DNA of 64,000 nucleotides, taken from the NCBI RefSeq assembly GCF_009914755.1, contig NC_060935.1. One strand, 5' to 3'. The stretch comes from the human T2T-CHM13v2.0 reference genome, Homo sapiens. Below the pieces are notes generated by a model. That model did not search any database and was not told the origin of the DNA. It worked only from the letters and a program-made list of their open reading frames with translations. The position numbers were made by a program, and so were the translations under genes. Of the stretch, positions 41,579 through 55,924 are shown piece by piece; position 1 is the first letter of the stretch; each line of letters starts with the position of its first letter.

Positions 41579-42819
41579 TCAAGGTTTCCTTTGTGGCTGA
41601 GCACATGATTAATTTTGAATATTCTGTCAGCAAACAAAAAGGTAAAATTCTTATACCAATAATGAAATTTATGTGTGATGGAAGGTTATATAAATCAGTT
41701 TTTTATTGATTAGTTTAATTCTTCTGTGTTTTAATCTGCCAGGATATGTCCTATTTTGAAATAGCTGTGTCGACATCTGTCTTTATGGCTATATAGTTTG
41801 ATTAGATCTCCTATTCCATTGCATTTTTGTATTGGTTATAATTTGTATATACAAAGTCTCATGGTTTTGGTATGTTAATTTTATTCCTACTGAATTCTTA
41901 CCAAATTCTTGTTATTCTGTTATTGAAAATTATTTTTTATATTCTCTGAGGTTTTCAAGTTATGATTTTATATGTTCTTAACAGAGATTTATTTTTACCT
42001 CCTTCTTTATAATTTTTATGCCTCTAATTGTTTCTGCTTGGTTCTTCCATTTGTCAGAGACTTGTATTACAAGGTCCAACAGTAGCAGCAATAGTAGGTT
42101 TTTTTGTCCTTGTCCTACCTTAATTGAAACAATGTTTCTCCATTATATAATACATGCTTCATCTTTTAAGAAAGTAGCAATTGATCCCCATCTCATCAAT
42201 TAAAAAGAAAACAGATTAGGTGTTGAATTTTGTTAAATGATTTTTTGGTATCTGTGGAGAAGAATGTGTAATTTCAAATTAGATCTATTAAGATGATGAA
42301 TTATATTAATGCATTTCCTGATATTCTGTAATTCTTCCATTCTTGTAATAAACCTCACTTGGTTATACATATTATTTTTAAATGTTCAATGAACTTTACT
42401 TTTAGTACCTTTGCCCTGGTGGGTATAGTAAGGTAAATTTTTAGGAATGGACAATCAATATCAGGTTTTAAATCAGTGTTATGTTCATTCCAACATAGAA
42501 AGATGGAAATGTTCTTTCATTTCCAATGCTCAGTAACAGTTTGCAGTATTGGACTTACTAGCTCTTAGAGTTGTGGTAGAACTCTTTTGCAAAACCCTCT
42601 GTGCCTATGCTTTTATGCATCGTAGCTCATTGGTAACTTTTCCCCATTTCTTTTATGGAAAATTATGTGTTTAAACTCTCTATAGGGGTCATTTTTTATT
42701 TAAAAATTTCAATTTTTTATTTTAGTTCTGTTAGTTTCTGTTTTACACCTACATAATGCTTACCTATTTTTATTCTGAGTTTTAAAAAAATAAACTGTTT
42801 AACAGACTTTGGCAATATG

Positions 42820-43690
42820 TTTTCTAAAATCATGTTCACTGAGGTATAATTTACAAATAATAAAGTCCACCCTTTTAAAGTGTACAGATAGATGAGATTT
42901 TGATAAGTGTGTGCATTTACGTAACCACTATAATATTTAATACATGGAACATGTCTATTATCTTGAGACGTTTCTTCATGCTTTTTGGTGGCCAGCCTCT
43001 TCTCCCACCCCTACCTTCTGGTAAACATTGATCTGATTTCTGTTTTTATAGGTTTGCCTTTTCTAGAATGTGATATAAATTGAAATCATGCAAAACATAG
43101 ACATTTTGATCATCTACTTTGACTTGCAAAATACGTACTTTCCAGATGCATTACTTTGTTGGGTATATGGGTAGTACATTCCTTTTTATTACTGAATGGA
43201 ATTTCATTGGATGATTATACCACAATTTGTTTATCATTCTCCTGCAAATGGAAATGTTGGCTTTTCCAGTTTTTGGCTATCTTGAATCAAGGTGCTATAA
43301 ATGTTAGCATGTGGGTCTTCGTATGGGCATTTGTTTTCATTTTACCTGGGTGAATACTAAAAATGAGATTGTGTGGTATGTGTATTTTTAGCTTTACAAG
43401 AAAGTGTTAAACTGTTTTCCAAAGTGGCTGTACCATTTGTATTCCCTACAGCAGTGTTTGAGATTTCCCCTTGCTTCATATCCTCATCAGCACTCAATAT
43501 TGTTAGCCATTTCAATTTCAGCTATTCTCATAGATTTGAGATTTGATTTGTGGTATCTCACATTTTGGTTTTGATTTGTATTTTCCCTATGACTAATGTC
43601 ATAAAGAATGTTTTCAGGTGCAAATTCATCATCTTACATACATTTTCTGGTAAAGTATGTGTTAAAATATTTTGCTCAATTTTTGAAATA
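42820..43690 (-). mobile_element. Old L1M (ME/MD-like) 3' region
   Basis: gaggtataatttaca...ttttaaagtgtacag...taccacaatttgtttatc...aactgttttccaaagtggctgtaccatt. Confidence 0.7.
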
Positions 43691-45351
43691 TTTGTTATTT
43701 TATTACTGTAACCTGGACATTTTTTTTGTTCAAAGTGTTCTTTTATATCTGAAATTATTTGTTCAATTTAAAAAATTTATGTCAGTTATGCGTTATAGTT
43801 TTTCTCTGCTTTATTGGCTATTGCTAATGTGTATGCATGTATGTTTATGCATGTATGTGTATGTGTATGCATGTATGTGTATGTTCTATCATTTGCTCAG
43901 AATTTTTAATTTTCATCTTCTGTTTTGAAAATTATAGTATCTTTTTATGCATGCTATATTTTGACTTTTTATGGATTTTTTTTTTTTGCAACAATGGAGG
44001 CAAGCCAATGAAGGAGGTGGAAGAGGAATTTGTGTGGCTTTTCAAATTCTCAGATCAATAGGACCCTTGTCCTATTGAAACACGATTCAGATACTTTGTT
44101 TTTTTCTATCACATTCCAGACTCCACGTGACTCATTAAACTTCCTAGGTCCCTACCTTTTCTCTAGTAAAGCACCTTCTTGGAACTTTGGTCCTTTGAAC
44201 TTTACAAGCAACTTCCTCTTGTTTCTCCAGTAGCCAGTACTCTGACCTGTCAGATCTCAGACATCCTCTTAGTATTGCCTGTTCAGAAACGGCTCCTTAC
44301 TTGCTGATGGGGAACGCTAGCTGCTGTCATCTGTGTTTTACAAAGACGATTGGTTGTTGAGGGGGCAACGTTAGCATCAAGAGGCAAAGTGCTATACCAT
44401 TGGTGTACTAAGTTACAATAAGCTCAAAAAATGTAACAAAAACATTGTAGAATGTGATATAAATTGAAATCATGCAAAATATAGATATTTTGATCATCTA
44501 CTTTGACTTAGCAAAATACATACTTTTAGCAAAATACATACTTAGCAAAATACGTATTGCCAAATTTATTCAGTAATATATAAATGTAACCAGTCAATGA
44601 CCCTACATCCACTGTTATATAGATTCCACTGGAATCTGTATAATACACTCCAGACCTAACTCTAGGCTTCCCAGGATTGGTGAAGAGAAAACTGAAGGCA
44701 AACATTTACAAAAAGAACTTATAATCCACTTCATCCAGCAATCACAGTCTTGGATTCAGCGTGCTGCCTTATATGATGTATTTCTTCCTATTGCCCATAT
44801 TTAGTCCTTTCATTTTCTGCTCAGAGTGATCTAAGAACTCAACACTGAGTGATACAGTTTTCTCTTGCCAGTGTAGCAATCAATGTAGCTTTGTTTTAGC
44901 CTCATTTGATGTCCTTTTTTGTTTCCTTCTGACAAGATCTCAGTGGAGTTCAGCTCTCACAGCAGTAGACTGATTAATAAGGAGATTCTTTCATGACCTC
45001 CAAAAGAATTATTCACACTTTTGTCTCTTTAGAGAGCTGTTAGTTGTGTTTCTGCCTTAGAGAGAGCAGATGGCTGGATAAGGAGTGGATGTGTGAAATA
45101 CACATATTTGACAAGGAACTAGTATCCAGGATACATGGAGAATTGCTTTAAATAAATATGAGAAAGGCTGCTCAAGAGAAAACTGGATAAAACACATGAA
45201 CAAGACATGTCACAAAAAGAATATCCAAATGTTCAATAAAGATATAAAAATGCTCATGCTTATATATCATAAACAAATGGAAGATAGTACAGAAATGCTG
45301 AGCAGGTTAGTGGGAAATGGACTCAAGATGAAGAATTATGAAAAAAGACAC

Positions 45352-45672
<321 letters not shown>

Positions 45673-47459
45673 TCATAGCAATTTTAAGAGCTTTGGAAAT
45701 ATAATTTCCCCTAAGATACGTCTGTAAACAGTTTTGATGAATGTAAAATATTTCCATACCTATCTTATGTTTGTTCTTTTCAGATAAAATTGAACTCAGA
45801 TAAAATTCTTTTTAAGAAATATGCTTGGTATCTCATTGTATCAGTGTAGAATTAATTCTTCGCGGTAGGTAAATGATCAGGGAAACATTGAAGAGAAACC
45901 TTTTTAAAAGTATGTGTGGATCAATGTAAAGACTGCTATAAAGTAGTTTTAAAAGGGCCTGCATTCTAGTTTCCATTCTGCCACTAACTAGAGATTTTTG
46001 TCAATGGAAAAGTAACTGTATTCTTTGAGCTTTAACTTAAAATAACATGGTTTTATTTGATTTTTCTGACTCTCTCTAGCTGTAACTTTGTATGCTGTCA
46101 TTATTTGAAGTCATATGGGACATTACATCTCTATGGAAAGGAGAATAATACAGTCTGTCTTAATTCAGGGTTTAGGGTTTGCATGGCTGAAATCAGGCCA
46201 AAGACTAGGCTAGTACCCTCTTTTCTGCTAATACCGGGTGATGTCTATGTTTTTTAATATTGGAGAAAGAAATCTAATCATTTATTTCACCATGCTTATT
46301 CAGGTCACATTTTTGAATACAGACAGGACTTCAGTAAATATACTACTTACCACTGAATGTCTTCTTTCTGTTCTTCTGCTTCATACTGTGCATATTTTCT
46401 AAAATTATTTTTCACATAATTTTATAATGTTTTGCTTGTAAGTATATTTTTCCTATATTGTAAACTCTTCGAAGGCATTTTTTCCCTATAGTTGTATCCC
46501 TAGTGCCTGAAACAGCACCTATTATGCATTACACAAGATTTACTGAGCAGATAAATTTTCACTGCTCTAACACTGACTAGATATCCTACTATTCATCTTT
46601 CTCAGTCCCCTAAATGCAATAGATGGGTATACTTATGAGTTAATTGAAGCAGTGTCTCAAACATCTGACCTATGGTGTTAGAAAAATGGGAAGGAGGGCT
46701 TCACTGTTTACATTCTTCATCCTTACTCTGAGAAATAGGATCTAGTATTTAAATAGTCACTAGGGCAATTTATGTTCTAATTTGATGTCTCCACTCCTCA
46801 GTTATTAATATAAATGCCTTCTTCCAGCTATTTTGTCATCTTTCCCATATCTCCACATATTTAGTGTGATTTCCTACCGTTATTTTGTTTTCTTGAGGGT
46901 TGAGATACTCTGGGCTTTCTTTCCCAGGCTATCCCTCTAGAAGAAATGTAGATGAGAACTCAAAGGTGGTAAAATCATCTGTAACCACAGCCTGCATTAC
47001 AGTGAAGTTTGATTCCCTTCTACCTCTCTAAGTGAAGGAGCTGAAGGCAGAGTTCCTAAGAAGGCATTTTTTTTAAATTTATGATGAGTTAGCAACGGAC
47101 AAAGATAAGAAAATATCTTTATTGAAAAAGAAGAGGAAAGGTCAAAATAGTGAGAAATTGAAAGGACTTAGAATTATTATTGAAAACAAAAGAAAAAAGG
47201 AAGAATAGACAACAGCAATGTGCAAAAATATTTAGAAAAAATCCATAAATTATACTATTCTACCACAGCAACTAATTTCCTTTGGCGTATTATTTTCCAG
47301 ATTCTGTTTACATGGACACATGTTCTACATGGTTGCAATCAAAACATTCTTATATGTAACTAGTAGTGTGAACAGTTAGAAACAGACTTTAAAATTATAA
47401 TTTTAATAAATGCATACACAGTCTATTGTGTCAATATACAAAAAGTGTGTGATAACAAA

Positions 47460-47640
47460 GCTGGGTGCAGTTGTGTGCACCTGTAGTCCTAGTAGCTTGG
47501 GAGAAGGAGGTGAGAGGGTGAGACGAGAAGATGACTTGAGCCCAGGAGGTTGAGGCTTTGGTGTGCTATAATCACACCTGTGAATAGCCACTACACTCCG
47601 GTATGGGCAACCTAGTGAGACCTTGTTTCTTAAAAAAAAG
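47460..47640 (+). mobile_element. FAM-like fossil Alu monomer
   Basis: Monomer with the 7SL-like gtgaatagccactacactcc segment; degenerate TSD aaaaagtgtgtgataaca / aaaaatgtgtgtcataaca. Confidence 0.75.
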
Positions 47641-48769
47641 AAAAATGTGTGTCATAACATTCTCCAGGAGTATTTAGGTGTTTTTCACAGATTGTACTGA
47701 CACCCACCTTGAAAAATGGGATGGAGTTAGAGGAAGTAGGTGGTTCACATATCTGATTCCCTCACCACTCCCTCCTTCAGAAGCCATCCAACAAGCACTA
47801 TTAATAGCAGCAAACAGATATGAAGCCCTTTATGTTTTAGAAAATACTTCTGTATCTATTTCTTACTTGATCTTTAAAAGAACTTTTAACATTCATATAG
47901 AAGATCTGTTGGTAGTATTATATATCTAGCTTATCAATATTGAAACCTTGGTGAAAACAGGCACAAAATCAATGGAATAGAATAGAGAACTCAGAAATTA
48001 ATCCATGTATGTATAGCTAACTGATTTTTAACAAAGGTACCAAAGACATACACTGGAAAAAGGATACTTTCTTCAATAAACAATGCTGAGGAAACTGAAT
48101 ATTCATATGCAGAAGAATGAAATGAGATATATTCTTACCATATATACAAATAAACTCAAGATGGATTAAAGACTTCCACGTTAGACCTCAAACTACAAAA
48201 CTACTAGAAGAAAACATAGGAAAAATGCTTTAGGACATTGGTCTGGGCAAAGGTTTTATGGGAAAGACTTCAAAAGCACAGGAAACAAAACAAAAATAGA
48301 TAAATGGGGCTATATTAAACTGAAAAGCTTCTGCACGGCAATAGAAACAGTCAGCAGAGTGAAGCGATAACCTGTAAAGTGGGAAAAATATTTGCAAACT
48401 ATTCATCTGACAAGAGACTCAACAGCAAAAAGTTAAATAACCTCATTAAAAGTGGGCAATGGAACTGAATAGACATTTCTCAAAAGAACACATATTACTG
48501 GCCAACAAACATATAAAAAATGCTCAAGATTTATGAGAATAATCTGGGTAATACAAATTAAAACCACAATGAAATATCACCTCATCCCAGTTAGAATGGC
48601 TATTACAACAAAGACAACAGATAAAAAATGCTGGTGAGGATGCAGAGAAAAAGGAACTCTTATACACGGTTGGTAGAAATGTGAATTAGTACAGCCATTG
48701 TGGACAACAGTATGGAGGTTTCTTGAAAAACTACAAACAGAACTACCATGTGATCCAACAATCCCACTA

Positions 48770-49046
48770 CCGGGTATACATCCAAAGGATATATATACCG
48801 GCTATACATCCAAAGGATATATATACCGGCTATACATCCAAAGGATATATATACCGGCTATACATCCAAAGGATATATATACCGGCTATACATCCAAAGG
48901 ATATATATACCGGCTATACATCCAAAGGATATATATACCGGCTATACATCCAAAGGATATATATACCGGCTATACATCCAAAGGATATATATACCGGCTA
49001 TACATCCAAAGGATATATATACCGGCTATATATCCAAAGGATATAT
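48770..49046. repeat. 28-bp minisatellite (VNTR), ~10 copies
   Basis: Unit ccggctatacatccaaaggatatatata at 48770, 48798, 48826 ... 49022; internal units are identical. Confidence 0.97.
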
Positions 49047-49199
49047 CCCACTAACCGCTACTGGGTATATATCCAAAGGAAAAGAGATAAGTATGTCAAA
49101 GAGGTATCTAAACTTCAATGTTTATTGTAGCAGTATTCACAATCAAGATATAGAATCAATCTATGTGTCCATCAACAGGTGGATAAATAAGAAAATGTG

Positions 49200-49272
49200 A
49201 TATATATGTGTATATATATATATAAATACACGTGTGTGTGTGCACACACACAGTACACGCGTGCACACACAC
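49200..49272. repeat. Compound (TA)n/(GT)n/(CA)n microsatellite
   Basis: Alternating purine-pyrimidine tract with self-complementary GT and CA blocks. Confidence 0.85.
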
Positions 49273-50401
49273 ATGGAATACTATTCAGCCATAAAAAGAA
49301 TAAAATCCTATCATCCACAATAACTTGGATGTGTCTGGAGAATGTTATGTTGGGCAAAGTAAGTCAGGCACAGAAAGATAAATACATGTTTTCACTCATA
49401 TGTTGGAACTAAAAAATTATTTTGAGCTCATAAAAGTAGAGTGGAATTATGGGTATTAGAGGCTGGGAAGAGTAAGGGGAAGGGGAGGATGGAGAGAAGT
49501 TGCTCCATGGATACAAAATTATAGCTGGATAGGAGGCATGATTCTAGTGTTCTGCAGCATGATAGGGTAAATATGGTTACATATAATTTAGTGTATATTT
49601 TCAGAAAGCTAGAAGAGAACTGTGAATGTTCACAACACAAAGAATGATAAATGTTTGAGGAAATAGATATACTAATTACTCTGAGCATTATACATCGTAT
49701 AGACATATTGAAATATCAGACTGTACCCCATAAATATGTACAATTATTTCATGCCAACTAAAAATAAAAAGGAAAAAAATAAGAAAACCTTGGCTTACAA
49801 AGGTGAGATCACTTGTGAAAAGACCACATACTACTAGTTAATAGCACAAATGGATCTTAATAAGTCTGGAAAATGAGAAGCCTGTGTGTGCATTCATTTT
49901 CTCTCTCTCTCTGACTCTCTCTGTGTATCTGCTCCATCCAGATATTTAGTTATTAGATTAGTAGGGTCCACAAGAGAAATGTACAACATGAATCACAAAT
50001 CATGTCAGCCTTATGATAGATAATTGGGAAAAGTACAGGGATGATTTTTAAACACTGGAATCCACTCGGGACTGTATACACATGTGCAAATGTTGTTCCA
50101 CCTGTAGGGATCTTCAAAAGTAGAAACTATAATATTGTAGCATTAATGATTACAGGATTCATTTGCAAATAATTGAACATAGTCCCAACTGGGGCAATTA
50201 AAACTTTTTAGAAACAACACAAGCTCTGGAGACCATAAAGGAAAATGGAATGATTACTAATCTAAATAAGCCAATGTCACTTAGCAGCCTGATTAGGTAT
50301 CTATGATCCAAACAATAATTGCAAGATCAGGAAAGTCTGATAATAAACTTCTGAACGTCTATCTCTCAGGGCTGGAATTTCATGGGCAAATCTTTTATTC
50401 G

Positions 50402-50758
50402 ATTGGCATGGCATAATGACATTTTGGTCAATGATGGAATGCATCTATGACAGTGGTTCCTTAAGATTATAATAGATTATAAAGGATAAATTATATAATT
50501 TATCTTTTCTATGTTCAGATATGTTTAGGCACATAAATACTTGCCATTGTGTTATAATTGCCTGAAGTATTCAGTACAGTAACATGCTGTACAGGTTTGT
50601 AGTTCAGGAGCAATAGGCTATACCCTATAGCCTGGGTGTGTAGTAGGTTATACCATCTAGGTTTGCGTAAATACATTCTATGATGTTCACGCAGCCACAG
50701 AAGTGCCTAAATACCCATTTCTCAGAATGTATCCGCATTACTAAACAATGCATGGCTG
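50402..50758. mobile_element. Tigger3a/MER7-type DNA transposon
   Basis: gcataatgacattttggtcaatgatgg...cagtacagtaacatgctgtacaggtttgtag...ctcagaatgtatcc...gcatggctg. Confidence 0.75.
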
Positions 50759-52088
50759 TATTTTAAAGTGAAAGCACATGTCTACCTGCCTGTACTCCAC
50801 TAGAAATATTCTTTGGCTTGGAGTTGAGAGGCCATATGCTGGCAGTCCTCACTATATGAGGCCTTGGTAGTCTGATTCATGGCCAAGAAACGTGTTTCCA
50901 AGGCAGTACTATCTCCTGCTTTGCGTAGCTGAAACAGCTGTTCCTGACATCCTTCTGAAGGGAAAGACACAAAGGGGACAGTGCGAAACCTGGGGGAACA
51001 TATATAAGAGTGGGAAGTTTCTCTTCCACTTGTTGGGCCTTAGTGAAACTAATGCTTGTGTTAATGAGTGAAAAATATCTGTGCAGCATGTTTGTGGTAT
51101 ATGTCCATCGTTCCACTCAGATAGTTTTTCATGGCACTTGGATTCCCTATTCTTTTCTTCATCAGCATACCTTCCCAAGGTGTAGGCATGTGTCATTAGG
51201 ACAGGATTCCTTGGTGTGCAGAAGTGGATAATGGCATTTTGCCACACTACAGAATTTCTTGACTACGTAAATCTCTGGAATGCTTATTGAAATGGAAGGT
51301 TCCTGTTCCCAACCACAGATTTGCTGAATCAGAGCTTTGGGGGCTGGGGGAGGAGCCCCTTTTTACCAGCTGCTCTGGGTAGTTGTTTTTAGCACGCTAA
51401 CATTTAAAAATCTTTTCCAGCGATAGCACAGTTAGCCTGGCACCTAACGATGTTGGGACATGTTGTGGTACTTCATTTTTGGAGATGTTCCTTATCTTTT
51501 TAGACCCTTTGTACAGTGGTCAGGTTCTTTGAGGAAATAATCCACAAGCTCAGGAATTCTAAATCTAAGGATCTTTTGGCTTCTAGGGCTTCTCTTCAAG
51601 AATCATTCATACATGTATGCAAACTTTTGAGTTTTATGCATTATTTTTGGGGACAAGAATGATAGAAAGATTTGGAGATATTTCCCTAGCAAGGTGTGCT
51701 AACTTTGTTATTGGATGGAGCCTTTGCCCCAAATCTGTGTTTCCTTTTCAAATTTCACAGTGTGTGCAAAGTCACCTAGAAGGACAATAAAACTCCTCTT
51801 TATCCATCTCCAAATATAAGCAGCCAGCTTCCTGTTTGCTTTTCTCTTGGGGCAGCAAGGCATGAACTCTTGCATGAGGGACTCCTAGATTTGCTTCTTG
51901 GGTCTGCCGTTTATCAGCTGGGCTGCCTTGAGCAAATATAATGGTCACTCTGGGCTCTGGTAGTCTCACCAGTGCAATGGAGCTAAATGTTTAACTCATT
52001 GAGTGGTTACTGCCACTAATGGGATCAGGTTTACAAAATGCCTGGATCAGTATGCAACAAATATCAGTTTCTTTTGCCATTTCTTCCC

Positions 52089-52144
52089 GTGTGTGTGTGT
52101 GTATATGTGTGTACGTGTATATGTGTGTGTACATGTGTGTGTGT
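52089..52144. repeat. Imperfect (GT)n/(TA)n microsatellite
   Basis: gtgtgtgtgtgtgtatatgtgtgtacgtgtatatgtgtgtgtacatgtgtgtgtgt. Confidence 0.85.
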
Positions 52145-55100
52145 TTGCATAAGTGGGTCTGTAGGCAGGTGAGCAGGTCAGACATATGTAGACATATCAG
52201 GTGATATAGTGAAGGCCATCTTTAAGATTCCGTTTTCATCAAAACCAGGATTTCTTGAAAAATTCAAAAGGAGAGAAAGCAGGAACTTGATTTGCTGAGT
52301 TTGACCTAGTAAAAGAAGCCATATTCACCCTTAGGAAGGTGAGAACAGTATGGAGGCTTTCACTGAGAGCTGACTGGGCCATGTTTCTTTGCATTTTCAT
52401 GGTACTTGAGGGAAGTAGAAACAAATTTAATTTTAGTATACAACTCTGGAAAATATTGCTGCACCATTAGCATTTCTTGGATAAAAGCTCTAGCAACGTA
52501 CAGGGCAGAATACTAAACGTAAGCAAGGTGTCTTTGCTCCACCTACTCTTGGCTCCGTTTGGACTAAGACAGCAGTGCCTGGAGGAGCAGCAGCAAAGGC
52601 CAAGGTTGCCTGGTGGAGGCAGCTGCACACTGCTGGGTAGGGTAGAGAAGAGTTTCTTCCCAGTGGGCAGAAGGTTGTTTTCTAGGACTTATCATGGTGA
52701 TAGTGAGAGTGGTAGGAGGCGGCTAATGGTCCTGTGGTTCTTCCCAAACCTAGACACTCCTACTGAGTACTCAGAAGGCCCTAGCTGAAGGGTTACAAAC
52801 TAAAAATAAACAAAAGCCCAGATAGCAATAACAACAAGAAGAACAACAAAACAACCTCTTTAGATTCCCAGCTTTATACTAGCCCACCTGACTTTATACT
52901 TTTCTCATTTCTGACCAAAAACTTCCTGTACACATTGAAAGGAATCTCTAACATAACTATAAAGAGATTGCTATAGCTAAGTTAACTTTGACTTACCCAC
53001 ATTAACAAAGAAGACTAACATATAATCTGAACATTTCTCTTTGCCTTTGGATTATATTTCTTCATTTGCTTTTTTTTTGTTTTTTTGCAATCAGATATGC
53101 TCCATATTATATTTGTGTAGCAAATCACTAATATTTTTTAGTTTCAAAATAAACTATTTGCATAGTGAGGCAGCAATACATACACACACACACTCTCGCT
53201 TACACACATGATCATAACAGGGATTTACTTCACTGAACATTATTCATAATATGTATAATTCACAGGCTGGTAATGGGTATCTAGACTATAGCTGAAGTTT
53301 TGTGTTTTAAGCATTTGACTCCAGTAGGCCTCTATGCAATAAGCTTGCTTGGACAAGTATAAGTAGGATTGATGGTTATTTATAATATTTGATTTTAAGA
53401 ATAAGCAAGAATATTGTGTGTTACATATCTGCTCTTCTAATACCATAAGCTTCCTCATTCATGACTGATTTCCCCTGGTTAAGAATTGATCTCATTTTGT
53501 TATTTATCTAGTAAGTGAAAATCCTCTCCTGTAAGTTGGCCTATTTTAATCAGCATTTCAGATCACGATCTTCTAGACAGGAGAGAACAAAGTGTTCTGA
53601 TTGAACTAGATGCTGGGTAGGAATGAGGATGATGCTGAAAAAAGTAAATTCTACTCTAAGCCGGTCATTGCGATAGGCCCTAATGAATGAGAAATTGTCC
53701 CTTGTCTCAACGGCGGGGGGGCAATTCCCAAAGAGCAGGGAAGACAGGCACAAATACATGTATGGGGGGACAATGTTAAAGCAGAGGTCAGTACACTGGG
53801 AGAATAGTTAAGGGAATAGGAATGGTACCAAAGCACTTTTCCCAAGGAAATAAATTGACATTAAAACATGTTTTAATAACCATCCAATATGAATGGGGGA
53901 AGGACCATGCTTTATTTATCCTGGCTCCATCTCCAGAAATTTAGTGTCTTTGACATGGTAGACACTATTGATTATGAGATAATCTGAAGTGGTGTCACAG
54001 TTTTCCCCAAAGGCAGATCTGAATATAGCTGTTTGCCCCTGAAAATGTGGAGGCTTTAAGTGCATGTGTTATTTTAACAGAGCCACAAAAGGCTCACCCA
54101 AGGATCACCAGGCACATTCTTCCAGATGTCCTGGAAAGCCATTAGAACAGACTGGAGGGCTGGACTCAGACTCATTCCTCTGACTCTTCTTCCATCATTA
54201 GCAGACACTAGAAACACTGAATCTACTGCTTTCATCCAAGAAACACTTCAGCTATTCCCAGTGTTCTTCACATATTCCTTAGGTTTTCTACTTCTCAGTT
54301 CCTTTGCTTATGCCTTTATCTACGTCTTGAATATTCTTTCATATCCTCTCAGCTTAAATGGATCCTCCCCACCTTTGAAGGCATATTTTACAATCTACCT
54401 TTCCATGAAGATCGTCCTTATCGCTCTAGACAGTAATGACCTGTTCCATCTCTGACCTCAAAGTCTACCTACTGCTTATTATACCAAGCACTGTCTATGA
54501 TGCCTCATTTGTTCAACATTTTAAAATGCAAGCCATGTGTTAGACCATGTATCTTCCCCGACTGAACGGCAAGGGGCATTAGTGTGACTAATCCATGTTA
54601 GATTCCCAAAATGATAGGACAGTTCATGGATAGTTCTTACAAATACATAGGCTGCTGTACCTCAGGAGACAAGAAACCCTTGGGACTACTGGTCTTTATA
54701 TTTCTTGACACAAAATACCTGAACTGAGAATAAAAGTCATAGCTTCTTGTTAGCTGTTGTCACTCAGACACTTAAAGAAGAAGGTAAAATCAATCCATCT
54801 CTACTCCTGAAGTGATGAGGTTAGGAGAAAGAAGAGATACTCACCTACAGTCTTCAGGAGGAAAAAGGTGAGCTTCAGAATTATGATGTTCATATTATAA
54901 GTATATTAAAATGTGTTCTGAAATCAATTCCCGATTGTCCCCATGGGTTCTCGAGCTGCATGTTTGAGGCCACTGAGTCACAGAAGTTTAGGGAAGAGGC
55001 CATAGGCATCCATCTCAGACTCATTTATGCATTGTCCAGTCACCTTACCTAAGTATCTTGTGTCTAATATATGAATTAATCTGTGAAATCACCTGCTTTA

Positions 55101-55588
55101 AAAATATATTTACAAATATATTTATGTGAACCTTATAATATGTAAAATACATTCACAGTTATTGTCTCATTTGATTTGCATAACAATCTTTTGAAGTATT
55201 TATTATTTTTTACAGATTAAAATATGAAGTTCAGAGAGACTTTATGAGTCAAAGGTTGCACTGTAAATCTTAGAAATGAAAATGATACTGCATCTTATAA
55301 CTCAGGGTTCATGGTCTTTCTGTTACCTCTGTACTAATGGTTTCTTTCTTTAAAAGGGGACAATTCAGATTTGAAAGATTTAGGGAAAAAGATCACATTC
55401 TAGACTTCTGTTGTCCAGTAATATAGCCATTAGCCATAGGTGGCTACTGAGCATTTGAAATCTGGCCGGGTATAAAATACACTATGGATTTCAAAGATTT
55501 GTATAATAAAATAACGTAAAATATCTCATTATTTTAAAAATATGAATTATATGTTGAAATGATGTACATGTACATCATTTTGCATGTA

Positions 55589-55924
55589 CAGTTGGCCTGT
55601 GTGTCTGTGGGTTCCACATCTGTGGATTCAACCAACGGCAGATGGAAGATTTTTTTTTAAATGGGTGGTTATATCTGTACTGAATATGTACAGACATTTT
55701 TCTTGTTATTCCCTGAACAATATACTAAAAGAAATATTTACATAGCATTTACATTATATTAGGTATTATAAGTAATCTAGAGATGATTTAAAGTATACAA
55801 AAGGATGTGCTTAGGTTACATAAAAATACGACACCATTTTAAATCAGGGACTTGAGCATTCAGGGATTTTGGTATCTGAAGGGGTCCAGGAACCAGTCTC
55901 CTATGGATATCAAGGACTGAACTG
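55589..55924. mobile_element. MER2 DNA transposon nested in a MER3/MER33-like element (~55405-56050)
   Basis: cagttggcc...tgggttccacatctgtggattcaacc...ggaaccagtctcctatggatatcaagg; MER3-like halves on both sides. Confidence 0.7.

Larger units (their letters stand above)
47952..49784 (+). mobile_element. 5'-truncated L1MA-type LINE-1 3' end
   Basis: ORF2 C-terminal and 3'UTR motifs, ending tgtaccccataaatatgtacaatta...aaataaaaa; TSD-like aaaccttgg on both sides. Confidence 0.85.

Noticed and set aside
48698-49130. Repetitive ORFs (GYTSKGYIYRLYIQRIYIPAIHPKDIYT repeats) and a CRISPR-like look
   Set aside because: These are translations of a head-to-tail 28-bp VNTR with no spacers, inside an L1 in eukaryotic DNA; not a gene or CRISPR array.
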